From Eledone cirrhosa (lineage: Eukaryota), in contig OZ024757.1 of NCBI GenBank assembly GCA_964016885.1, forward strand, positions 3,906,001 to 3,970,000: a stretch of 64,000 nt of DNA, written 5' to 3'. Below the pieces are notes generated by a model. The model ran no database searches, had not been told where the DNA came from, and saw only the letters and a list, made by a program, of their open reading frames with translations. Shown in pieces: positions 1 through 15,000 of this stretch (positions are counted from its first letter, which is position 1; the number at the start of each line of letters is the position of its first letter). A program made the position numbers and the translations under genes.

Positions 1-3000
1 CTACCATTCTATCCGACGTTCTAACCACTCTACCATTCTATCCGACGTTCTAGCGACTCTACCATTCTATTTGACGTTCTAACAACTCTACCATTCTATC
101 TGCCGTTCTAACCACTCTACCATTCTAAATATTCTACCATTCTATCTACCATTCTAACCACTCTACGATTCTATCTACCATTCTAACCGCTCTATCATTC
201 TAGACGACGTTCTAACCACCCTACCATTCTATCTGATGTTCCATGCACTCTACCAATCTATGTGACGTTCTAACGCCTATACCATTCTATTTACGTTCTA
301 ACCACTCTACCATTCTATCTGATGTTCCATGCACTCTAACATTCTATCTGACATTCTAACCACTCTACCATTCTATATGACATTCTAACCACACTACCAT
401 TCTATCTGACGTTCTAACCACTCTACCATTCTATCTACCATTCTACCCACTCTAACATTCTATCTACCATTCTCACCGCTCTATCATTCTAGACGACGTT
501 CTAACCACCCTACCATTCTATCTCACGTTCTAACCACTATACGTTCTATCTGACGTTCTAACGACTCTGCCATTCTATCTGACGTTCTAACCACTCTACC
601 ACTCTATCTGACGTTATTCCCACTCCTCATTTCTATCAGACATTCTAATCACTCTACCATTCTATCTGACGTTCTAACCACTCTACCATTCTATCTGACG
701 TTCTAACCACTCTACCATTCTATCTGATGTTCCATGCACTCTACCAATCTATGTGACGTTCTAACGCCTATACCATTCTATCTGACATTCTAACCACTCT
801 ACCATTCTATATGAAATTCTAACCACTCTACCATTCTGTCTGACATTCTACCCACTCTACCATTCTATATGACGGTCTAATCAGTCTACCATTCTATCTG
901 ACATTCTAACCACTCTACCGTTCTATTTGACGTTCTAACCACTTTACCATACTATCTGACATTCTAACCACTCTACCATTCTATCTGACGTTCTAACCAC
1001 TCTATGATTCTTACCGACGTTCTGACCACTATACCATTCTATCTGACGTTCTAAACACTCTACCAATATATCTGATGTTCTAACCGATCTAGCATTCTAT
1101 CTGACGTTCTAACCACTCTACCATTCTATCCGACGTTCTAACGACTCTACCATTCTATTTGACGTTCTAACCACTCTACCATTCTATCTGCCGTTCTAAC
1201 CACTCTACCATTCTAACCACTCTACCATTCTATCTACCATTCTAACCACTCTACCATTCTATCTACCATTCTAACCACTCTACCATACTATCTGACGTTC
1301 TAACCACTCTACCGTTCTATCTACCATTCTAACCACTCTACCATTATATCTACCATTCTAACCGCTCTATCATTCTAGACGACGTTCTAACCACCCTACC
1401 ATTCTATCTCACGTTCTAACAACTATACGTTCTATCTGACGTTCTAACGACTCTGCCATTCTATCTGACGTTCTAACCACTCTACCACTCTATCTGACGT
1501 TATTCCCACTCCTCCATTCTATCAGACATTCTAACCACTCTACCATTCTATCTGACGTTCTAACCACTCTACCATTCTATCTGACGTTCTAACCACTCTA
1601 CCATCCTATCTGATGTTCCATGCACTCTACCAATCTATGTGACGTTCTAACGACTATACCATTCTATCTGACGTTCTAACCACTCTACCAATCTATCTGA
1701 CGTTCTAACGACTCAAACATTCTATCTGTTTTTTTTAACCACTCTATCTAACGTTCAAACCACTCTACCATTCTAACAACTCTACCATTCTATCTACCAT
1801 TCTAACCACTCTACCAATCCATCAGACGTTCTGACCACTCTACCATTATATCCGACGTTCTAACCACTCTACCATTCTATCTGACGTTCTAACCACTCTA
1901 CCATTCTATCTGACATTCTAACCACTCTACCATTCTATCTGACGTTCTAACCACTCTACCATTCTATCTGCCCTTCTAACCACTCTACCATTTTATCTGA
2001 CGTTCTAAACACACTACCATTTTATCTGACGTTCTAACCACTCTACCATTATATCTGACATTCTAACCACCCTACCATTCTAACTAACATTCTAACCACA
2101 TTACCATTCTATCTGACATTCTAACCACTCTACCATTCTATCTGACGTTCTAACAACTCTACCGTTCTAACTGACATTATAACCACACTACCATTCTAAC
2201 TGATATTCTAACCACTCTACCATTCTAACTGACATTCTAACCACACTACCACTCTATCGGACGTTCTAACCACTCTACCATTCTATCTGACGTCCAAATC
2301 ACTCTACCATTCTATCCGACGTTCTAACGACTCTACCATTCTATCTGACGTTCTAACCACTGTCCCATTCTATCTGACGTTCTAACCACTCTACCATTCT
2401 ATCTGACATCCTAACCACTTTACCATTCTATCTACCATTCTAACCACTCTACCATTCTATCTGACGTTCAAACCACTCTACCATTCTATCTCCCATGTTA
2501 ACCACTCTACCATTCTATCTACGATTCTAACCACTCTACCATTCTATCTGACGTTCTAACCACTCTACCATTCTATCCGACGTTCTAACCACTCTACCAC
2601 TCTATCTGACGTTCTAACAACTATACCATTCTATTTGACGTTCTAACCACTCTACCTTTCTATCTGACGCTCTAACCACTCTACCATTCTAACTACTCTA
2701 CCATTCTATCTGACGTTCTAACCACTCGCCGATTCTAACCACTCTAAAAATACTATCTACCATTCTAACCACTCTACCATTCTATCTGACGTTCTAACCA
2801 CTCTACCATTCTATCTACCATTCTAACCACTCTAATAATCTATCCGACGTTCTAACCACTCTACCATTCTATCCGACGTTCTAACGACTTTGCCAATCTA
2901 TCCGACGTTCTAACCAATCTACCATTCTATCTGACGTTCTAACCACTCTATCATTCTTTCTGACGTTCTAATCACTCTACCATACTATCTGACGTTCTAA

Positions 3001-6000
3001 CCACTCTACCATTCTATCTGTCGTTCTAACCACTCTACCATTTTATCTGACGTTCTAACCACTCTACCATTCTATCTGACGTTCTAACCACCTTACCATT
3101 CTATGTGACGGTCTAACCACTCTACCATTCTATCTGACGTTCTAACCACTGTACCATTCTATCAGACGTTCTAACCTCTCTACCATTCTATCTGACATTC
3201 TAACCACTCTACCATTCTATCCGACGTTCTAACTACTCTAACATTCTATCAGACGTTCTAACGACTCTAACATTCTATCCGATGTTCTACCACTCTAACA
3301 TTCTATCCGACCTTCTAACCACTCTACCATTCTATCTGACGTTGTATCACTCTACCATTCTATCTGACGTTCTAACCAACTCTACCATTCTATCTGACGT
3401 TCTACCCACTCTACCATTCTATCTGACGTTCTAACCGCCCTACCATTCTATCTCACGTTCTAACCACTCTACCATTCTATCTGACGTCCTAACTACTCTA
3501 CCATTCTATCTGAGGTCCTTACCAATCTACCATTCTATCTGAAGTTCTAACCACTCCACCATTATAACCACTCTACAATGCTATCTACCATTCTAACGAC
3601 GCTCCCATTCCATCTACCATTCTAACCACTCTACCATTCTATCTGACGTTCTAACCACTCTACCATTCTATCCTTGCGTTCTAACCACTCTACTATTCTA
3701 TTTGACGTTCTAACCACTCTATCATTCTTTCTGACGTTCTAATCACTCTACCATTCTATCAGACGTTCTGACCACTCTACAATTATATCCGACGTTCTAA
3801 CCATCCTACCATTCTATCTGACGTTCTAACCACTCTACCATTTTATCTGACGTTCTAACCACTCTACCATTCTATCTGACGTTCTAACCACCTCTACCAT
3901 TCTATCTGACGTTCTAACCACTCTACCATTCTATCTGACGTTCTAACCGCCCTACCATTCTATCTCACGTTCTAACCACTCTACCGTTCTATCTGACGTC
4001 CTAACTACTCTACCATTCTATCAGAGGTCCTTACCAATATACCATTCTATCTGACGTCCTTACCAATCTACCATTCTATCTGAAGTTCTAACCACTCCAC
4101 CATTATAGCCACTCTACAATGCTATCTACCATTCTAACCACGCTCCCATTCTATCTACCATTCTAACCACTCTACCATTCTATCTGACGTTCTAACCACT
4201 GTACCATTCTATCTGACATCCTAACCACTCTACCATTCTATCTACCATTCTAACCACTCTACCATTCTATCTGACGTTCTAACCACTCTACCATTCTATC
4301 TGACGTTCAAACCACTCTATCATTCTATTTGACGTTCTAACCACTCTACCATTCTAACCACTCTACCATTCTATCTGACGTTCTAACAACTCTACCATTA
4401 TATTTGACGTTCTAACCACTCTACCATTCTATCTGACGTTCTAACCACTCTACCATTCTAACTACTCTACCATTCTATCTGACGTTCTAACCACTCTAGG
4501 ATTCTAACCACTCTACCATTCTATCTACCATTCTAACCACTCTACCATTCTATCTGACGTTCTAACCACTCTACCATTCTATCTACCATTCTAACCACTC
4601 TAACAATCTATCCGACGTTCTAACCACTCTACCATTCTATCCGACGTTCTAACGACTCTGCCAATCTATCCAACGTTCTAACCACTCTACCATTCTATCT
4701 GGGTTTTTTAATCACACGACCATTCTAACCACTCTACCATTCTATCTGACGTTCTAACCACTCTACCATTCTACTGACGTTCTATCCACTCTACCATACC
4801 ATCTGACGTTCTAACCACTCTACCATTCTATCTGTCGTTCTAACCACGCTACCATTTTATCTGACGTTCTAACCACTCTACCATTCTATCTGACGTTCTA
4901 ACCACCTTACCATTTTATCTGACGGTCTAACCACTCTACCATTCTATATGACGTTCTAACCACTGTACCATTCTATCAGACGTTCTAACCTCTCTACCAT
5001 TCTATCTGACATTCTAACCACTCTACCATTCTATCCGACGTTCTAACTACTCTAACATTCTATCAGACGTTCTAACCACTCTAACATTCTATCCGATGTT
5101 CTACCACTCTAATATTCTATCCGACGTTCTAACCACTCTACCATTCTATCTGACGTTGTAACCACTCTACCATTCTATCTGACGTTCTAACCAACTCTAC
5201 CATTCTATCTGACGTTCTACCCACTCTACCATTCTATCTGACGTTCTAACCGCTCTACCATTCTATCTCACGTTCTAACAACTCTACCATTCTATCTGAC
5301 GTCCTAACTACTCTACCATTCTATCTGAGGTCCTTACCAATCTACCATTCTATCTGAAGTTCTAACCACTCCACCATTATAACCACTCTACAATGCTATC
5401 TACCATTCTAACGACGCTCCCATTCCATCTACCATTCTAACCACTCTACAATTCTATCTGACGTTCTAACCACTCTACCATTCTATCCTTGCGTTCTAAC
5501 CACTCTACTATTCTATCTGACGTTCTAACCACTCTACAATTATATCCGACGTTCTAACCACCCTACCATTCTATCTGACGTTCTAACCACTCTACCATTG
5601 TATCTGACGTTCTAACCACTCTACCATTCTATCTGACGTTCTAACCACCTCTACCATTCTATCTGACGTTCTAACCACTCTACCATTCTATCTGACGTTC
5701 TAACCGCCCTACCATTATATCTCACGTTCTAACCACTCTACCATTCTATCTGACGTCCTAACTACTCTACCATTCTATCAGAGGTCCTTACCAATCTACC
5801 ATTCTATCTGACGTCCTTACCAATCTACCATTCTATCTGAAGTTCTAACCACTCCACCATTATAACCACTCTACAATGCTATCTACCATTCTAACCACGC
5901 TCCCATTCCATCTACCATTCTAACCACTCTACCATTCTATCTGACGTTCTAACCACTCTACCATTCTATCTGGCGTTCTAACCACTCTACTATTCTATCT

Positions 6001-9000
6001 GACGTTCTAACCACTCTATCATTCTTTCTGACGTTCTAATCACACTACCATACTATCAGACATTCTGACCACTCTACCATTATATCCGACGTTCTAACCA
6101 CTCTACCATTCTATCTGACGTTCTAACTACTCTACCATTCCCTCTGACGTTCTAACCACTCTACCATTCTATCTGCAGTTCTAACCACTCTACCATTATA
6201 TCTGACGTTCTAACCACTCTACCATTCTATCTGACGTTCTAACCACTCTAGCATTCTATCCGACGTTCTAACCACTCTACAATTCTATCTGACGTTCTAA
6301 CCACACTACCATTCTAACCACTCTACCGTTCTATCTACCATTCTAACCACTCTGCCATTCTATCTGACGTTCTAACCACTCTACCATTCTATCTGACGTT
6401 CTAACCAGTCTACCATTCTATCTGACGTTCTAACCACTCTACCATTCTATCTGACATTCTAACCACTCTACCATTCTATATGACATTCTAACCACTCTAC
6501 CATTCTATCTGACATTCTAACCACTCTACCATTCTATTTGACGGTCTAACCAGTCTACCATTCTATCTGACATTCTAACCACTCTACCGTTCTATTTGAT
6601 GTTCTAACCACTTTACCATTCTATCTGACATTCTAACCACTCTACCATTCTATCTGACGTTCTAACCACTCTACCATTCTATCTGACGTTCTAACCAGTC
6701 GACCATTCTATCTGACGTTCTAACCACCCTACCATTCTAACTAACATTCTAACCACACTACCATTCCATCTGACATTCTAACCACTCTACCATTCTATCT
6801 GACGTTCTAACAACTCTACCGTTCTAACTGACATTATAACCACACTACCATTCTAACTGATATTCTAACCACTCTACCATTCTAATTGACATTCTAACCA
6901 CACTACCACTCTATCTGACGTTCCAACCACTCTACCATTCTATCTGACGTCCAAACCACTCTACCATTCTAACCATCTACCATTCTATCTGACGGTCTAA
7001 CCACTCTACCATTCTATCTGACGTTCTAACCACTGTACCATTCTATCAGACGTTCTAACCTCTCTACCATTCTATCTGACATTCTAACCACTCTACCATT
7101 CTATCCGACGTTCTAACTACTCTAACATTCTATCAGACGTTCTAACCACTCTAACAGTCTATCCGATGTTCTACCACTCTAACATTCTATCCGACGTTGT
7201 AACCACTCTACCATTCTATCTGACGTTGTAACCACTCTACAATTCTATCTGACGTTCTAACCAATTCTACCATTCTATCTGACGTTCTACCCACTCTACC
7301 ATTCTACCTGACGTTCTAACCGCCCTACCATTCTATCTAACGTTCTAACCACTCTACCATTCTATCTGACGTCCTAACTACTCTACCATTCTATCTGAGG
7401 TCCTTACCAATCTACCATCCTATCTGAAGTTCTAACCACTCCACCATTATAACCACTCTACAATGCTATCTACCATTCTAACGACGCTCCCATTCCATCT
7501 ACCATTCTAACCACTCTACCATTCTATCTGACGTTCTAACGCCTATACCATTCTATCTGACGTTCTAACCACTCTACCAATCTATCTGACGTTCTATACG
7601 ACTCTAACATTCTATCTGTTTTTTTTAAACACTCTATCTAACGTTCAAACCACTCTACCATTCTTACCATCTACCATTCTATCTACCATTCTAACCACTC
7701 TACCATTCTATCTACCATTCTAACCACTCTTACAATCTATCCGACGTTCTAACCACTCCACCATTATAACCACTCTACAATGCTATCTACCATTCTAACG
7801 ACGCTCCCATTCCATCTACCATTCTAACCACTCTACCATTCTATCTGACGTTCTAACCACTCTACCATTCTATCCTTGCGTTCTAACCACTCTACTATTC
7901 TATCTGACGTTCTAACCACTCTATCATTCTTTCTGACGTTCTAATCACTCTAACATTCTATCAGACGTTCTGACCACTCCACAATTATATCCGACGTTCT
8001 AACCACCCTACCATTCTATCTGACGTTCTAACCACTCTACCATTGTATCTGACGTTCTAACCACTCTACCATTCTATCTGACGTTCTAACCACCTCTACC
8101 ATTCTATCTGACGTTCTAACCACTCTACCATTCTATCTGACGTTCTAACCGCCCTACCATTCTATCTCACGTTCTAACCACTCTACCATTCTATCTGACG
8201 TCCTAACTACTCTACCATTCTATCAGAGGTCCTTACCAATCTACCATTCTATCTGAAGTTCTAACCACTCCACCATTATAACCACTCTACAATGCTATCT
8301 ACCATTCTAACGACGCTCCCATTCCATCTACCATTCTAACCACTCTACCATTCTATCTGACGTTCTAACCACTCTACCATTCTATCTACCATTCTAACCA
8401 CTCTACCATTCTACCTACCATTAAAACTGCTCTATCATTCTATCCGACGTTCTAACCACTCTACCATTCTAGACAACGTTCTAACCACCCTACCATTCTA
8501 TCTCACGTTCTAACCACTATACGAATCTATCTGACGTTCTAACGACACTGCCATTCTATCTGACGTTCTAACCACTCTACCACTCTAACTGACGTTATTC
8601 CCACTCCTCCATTCTATCAGACATTCTAACCACTCTACCATTCTATCTGACGTTCTAACCACTCTACCATTCTATCTGACGTTCTAACCACTCTACCATT
8701 CTATCTGATGTTCCATGCACTCTAACAATCTATCTGACGTTCTAACGCCTATACCATTCTATCTGACGTTCTAACCACTCTACCAATCTATCTGACGTTC
8801 TATACGACTCTAACATTCTATCTGTTTTTTTTAACCACTCTATCTAACGTTCAAACCACTCTACCATTCTAACCATCTACCATTCTATCTACCATTCTAA
8901 CCACTCTACCATTCTATCTACCATTCTAACCACTCTAACAATCTATCCGACGTTCTAACCACTCTACCATTCTATCCTACGTTCTAACGACTCTGCCAAT

Positions 9001-12000
9001 CTATTCGACGTTCTAACCACTCTACCATTCTATCTGGGTTTTTTAACCACACGACCATTCTAACCACTCTACCATTCTAACTGACGTTTTAACCATTCTA
9101 CCATTTTACCTGACGTTCTATCCACTCTACCATACTATCTGTCGTTCTAACCACTCTACCATTTTATCTGACGTTCTAACCACTCTACCATACTATCTGA
9201 CGTTCTAACCACCTTACCATTCTATCTGACGGTCTAACCACTCTACCATTCTATCTGACGTTCTGACGACTGTACCATTCTATCAGACGTTCTAACCTCT
9301 CTACCATTCTATCTGACATTCTAACCACTCTACCATTCTATCCGACGTTCTAACTACTCTAACATTCTATCAGACGTTCTAACCACTCTAACATTCTATC
9401 CGATGTTCTACCACTCTAACATTCTATCCGACGTTGTAACCACTCTACCATTCTATCTGACGTTGTAACCACTCTACCATTCTATCTGACGTTCTACCCA
9501 CTCTACCATTCTACCTGACGTTCTAACCGCCCTACCATTCTATCTAACGTTCTAACCACTCTACCATTCTATCTGACGTCCTAACTACTCTACCATTCTA
9601 TCTGAGGTCCTTACCAATCTACCATTCTATCTGAAGTTCTAACCACTCCACCATTATAACCACTCTACAATGCTATCTACCATTCTAACGACGCTCCCAT
9701 TCCACCTACCATTCTAACCACTCTACCATTCTATCTGACGTTCTAACCACTCTACCATTCTATCCTTGCGTTCTAACCACTCTACTATTCTATCTGACGT
9801 TCTAACCACTCTATCATTCTTTATGACGTTCTAATCACTCTAACATTCTATCAGACGTTCTGACCACTCTACAATTATATCCGACGTTCTAACCACCCTA
9901 CCATTCTATCTGACGTTCTAACCACCTCTACCATTCTATCTGACGTTCTAACCACTCTACCATTCTATCTGACGTTCTAACCGCCCTACCATTCTATCTC
10001 ACGTTCTAACCACTCTACCATTCTATCTGACGTCCTAACTACTCTACCATTCTATCAGAGGTCCTTACCAATCTACCATTCTATCTGACGTCCTTACCAA
10101 TCTACCATTCTATCTGAAGTTCTAACCACTCCACCATTATAACCACTCTACAATGCTATCTACCATTCTAACCACGCTCCCATTCCATCTACCATTCTAA
10201 CCACTCTACCATTCTATCTGACGTTCTAACCACTCTACCATTCTATCTGGCATTCTAACCACTCTACTATTCTATCTGACGTACTAACCACTCTATCATT
10301 CTTTCTGACGTTCTAATCACACTACCATACTATCAGACGTTCTGACCACTCTACCATTATATTCGACGTTCTAACCACTCTACGATTCTATCTGACGTTC
10401 TATCCACTCGACCATTCTATCTGACGTTCTAACAGCTCTACCATTCTATCTGCCGTTCTACCACTGTACCATTACATCTGACGTTCTAACCACTCTACCA
10501 TTTTATCTGACGTTCTAACCACTCTACCATTCTATCTGACGTTCTAACCACTCTACCATTCTATGCGACTTTCTAACCACTCTACCATTCTATCTGACGT
10601 TCTAACCACACTACCATTCCATCTGACATTCTAACCATCTACCATTCTATCTGACGTTCTAACCACTCTACCATTCTATCTGATGTTCCATGCACTCTAC
10701 CAATCTATCTGACGTTCTAACGCCTATACCATTCTATCTGACGTTCTAACCACGCTACCAAACTATCTGACGTTCTATACGACTCTAACATTCGATCTGA
10801 AGTTCTAACCACTCTATCTAACGTTCAAACCACTCTACCATTCTAACCATCTACCAATCTATCTACCATTCTAACCACTCTACCATTCTATCTACCATTC
10901 TAACCACTCTAACAATCTATCCGACGTTCTAACCACTCTACCATTCTATCTGGGTTTTTTAACCACACGACCATACTAACCACTCTACCATTCTATCTGA
11001 CGTTTTAACCATTGTACCATTCTACGTGACGTTCTATCCACTCTACCATACTATCTGCGTTCTAACCACTCTACCATTATATCTGACGTTCTAACCACTC
11101 TACCATTCTATCCGACTTTCTAACCACTCTACCATTCTATCTGACGTTCTAACCACACTACCATTCTAACCACTCTACCGTTCTATCTACCATTCTAACC
11201 ACTCTACCATTCTATCTGACGTTCTAACCACTCTACCATTCTATCTGTCGTTCTAACCAGTCTACCATTCTATCTGACGTTCAAACCACTCTACCATTCT
11301 ATATGACATTCTAACCACTCTACCATTCCATCTGACATTCTAACCACTCTACCATTCTATATGACGGTCTAACCAGTCTACCATTCTATCTGACATTCTA
11401 ACCACTCTATCGTTCTATTTGATGTTCTAACCACTTTACCATTCTATCTGACATTCTAACCACTCTACCATTCTATCTGCCGTTCTAACCACTCTACCAT
11501 TCTATCTGACGTTCTAACCAGTCTACCATTCTATCTGACATTCTAACCACTCTACCATTCTATCTGACGTTCTAACCACCCTACCATTCTAACTAACATT
11601 CTAACCACACTGCCATTCCATCTGACATTCTAACCACTCTACCATTCTATCTGACGTTCTAACAACTCTACCGTTCTAACTGACATTATAACCACACTAC
11701 CATTCTAACTGATATTGTAACCACTCTACCATTCTAACTGACATTCTAACCACACTACCACTCTATCTCACGTTCTAACCACTCTACCATTCTATCTGAC
11801 GTCCAAACCACTGTACCATTCTATCCGACGTTCTAACGACTCTACCATTCTATCTGACGTTCTAACCACTGTACCATTCTATCTGACGTTCTAACCACTC
11901 TACCATTCTATCTGACATCCTAACCACTTTACCATTCTATCTACCATTCTAACCACTCTACCATTCTATCTGACGTTCAAACCACTCTACCATTCTATCT

Positions 12001-15000
12001 CCCATGCTAACAACTCTACCATTCTAACCACTCTACCATTCTATCTGACGTTCTAACCACTCTACCATTCTATCTGACGTTCAAACCACTCTATCATTCT
12101 ATTTGACGTTCTATCCACTCTACCATTCTAACCACTCTACCATTTTATCCGACGTTCTAACCACTCTACCATTCTATTTGACGTTCTAACCACTCTACCA
12201 TTCTATCTGACGTTCTAACGACTCTACCATTCTATCTAACGTTCTAACCACTCTACCATTCTAACCACTCTACCATTCTATCTGACGTTCTAACCACCCT
12301 ACCATTCTAACTAACATTCTAACCACACTACCATTCCATCTGACATTCTAACCACACAACCATTCTATCTGACGTTCTAACAACTCTACCTTTCTAACTG
12401 ACATTCTAACCACACTACCATTCCATCTGACATTCTAACCACTCTACCATTCTATCTACCATTCTAACCACTCTACCATTCTATTTGACGTTCTAACCAC
12501 ACTACCATTCTAACCACTCTACCATTCTATCCGACGTTCTAACCACTCTACCATTCTATCTGACGTTCTAACCACTCTACCATTCTAACTACTCTACCAT
12601 ACTATCTGACGTTCTAACCACTCTACCATTCTAACCACTCTACCATTCTATCTAAGATTCTAACCACTCTACCATTCTAGCTGACGTTCTAACCACTCTA
12701 CCATTCTATCTACCATTCTAACCACTCTATCATTCTATCCGACGTTCTAACGCCTCTACCATTCTATCTGACGTTCTAACCACGCTACCAAATTATCTGA
12801 CGTTCTAACGACTCTATCATTCTATCTGGTTTTTTTAACCACTCTATCTGACGTTCAAACCACTCTACCATTCTATCCGACGTTCTAACGACTCTGCCAA
12901 TCTATCCGACGTTCTAACGACTCTACCATTCTATCTAGTTTTTTAACCACTCTATCTGACGTACTAACAACTCTACCATTCTATCCGACGTTTTAACCAC
13001 TCTACCATTAAATTTGACGTTCTAACTACCCTACCATTCTAACCACTCTACCATTCTATCTGACGTTCTAACCACACTACCATTCTAACCACTCTACCAT
13101 TCTATCTGACGTTCTAACCACTCTACCATTCTATCTGAGTTTTTAACCACTCTACCATTCTGTCCGACGTTCTAACTACTCTACCATTCTATGTGACGTT
13201 CTAACCACTTTACCATTATATCTGACATTTTAACCGCTCTACCATTCTATATGTTGTTCTAACCACTCTACTATTCTATCTGACGTTCTAACCACCCTAT
13301 CATTCTTTCTGACGTTCTTATCACTCTACCATTCTATCAGACGTTATGACCACTCTACCATTATATCCGACGTTCTAACCACTCTACCATTCTATCCAAC
13401 GTTTTAACCACTCTACCATTGTATCTGCCGTTCTAACCACTCTACCATTATATCTGACGTTCTAACCACTCTACCATTCTATCTGACGTTCTAACCACTC
13501 TACCATTCTATCTGACGTTCTAACCACTCTACCAAACTATCTGCCGTTCTAACCACTCTACCATTCTATCTGACGTTCTAACCAATCTACCATTCTATCT
13601 GACGTTCTAACCAATCTACCACTCTATCTGACGTTCAAACCACTCTACCATTCTAACCACTATACCATTCTATCTACCATTCTAACCCCTCTACTATTCT
13701 ATCCGACATTCTAACCACTCTACCATTCTATCCGACGTTCTCTACGACTCAGCCAATCTATCCGACGTTCTAACCTCTCTACCATTCTATTTGTTTTTTT
13801 AACCACTCTATCTGACGTACTAACGACTCTACCATTCAATCCGAAGTTTTAACCACTCTACCATTCTATCTGACGTTCTAACCACTCTACCATTCTATCT
13901 GACGTTCTTACCACTCTACCATTCTATCTGCCGTTCTAACCACTCTACCATTCTATCTGACGTTCTAACCACTCTACCATTCTATCTGACGTTCTAACCA
14001 CTCTACCATTCTATCCGACGTACTAACCACTCTACCATTCCATCTGACGTTCTAACCACACTACCATTCTAACCACTCTACCGTTCTATCTACCATTCTA
14101 ACCACTCTACCATTCTAACTACCATTCTAACCACTCTATCATTCTTACCGACGTTCTGACCACTATACCATTCTAGCTGACGTTCTAAACACTCTACCAT
14201 TCTATCTGATGTTCTAACCACTCTACCATTCTATCTGACGTTCTGACCACTCTACCATTCTATCTGACGTTCTGACCACTCTTCCATTCTATCTGACGTT
14301 CTGACCACTCTACCATTCTATCTCACGTTCTAACCACTCTACCATTCTATCTGACGTTCTAACCACTCTACCATTCTATCTGACGTTCCAACCACTCTAC
14401 CAATCTATCTGACGTTCTGACGACTCTGCCATTCTATCAGACGTTCTAACCACTCTACCATTCTATCTGACGTTATTCCCACTCCACCATTCTATCAGAC
14501 GTTCCAACCACTCTACCAATCTATCTGACGTTCTAACGCCTCTACCATTCTATCTGACGTTCTAACCACTCTACAAATCTATCTGATGTTCTAACGACTC
14601 TACCATTCTATCTGTTTTTTAACCACTCTATCTGACGTTCAAACCGCTCTACCATTCTAACCACTCTACCATTCTATCTACCATTCTAACCACTCTACTA
14701 TTCTATCCGACATTCTAACCACTCTGCCATTCTATCTGACGTTCTAACGATTCTGCCAATCTATCCGACGTTCTAACCACTCTACCATTCTATCTGTTTT
14801 TTTAACCACTCTATCTGACGTACTAACGACCCTACCATTCTATCCGACGTTTTAACCACTCTACCATTCTATCTGACGTTGTAACCACTCTACCATTCTA
14901 CCACTCTGCCATTCTAACCGACGTTCCAACGACTCTGCCAATCTATCCGACGTTCTAACCACTCTACCATTATATCTGTTTTTTTTAACCACTCTATCTG

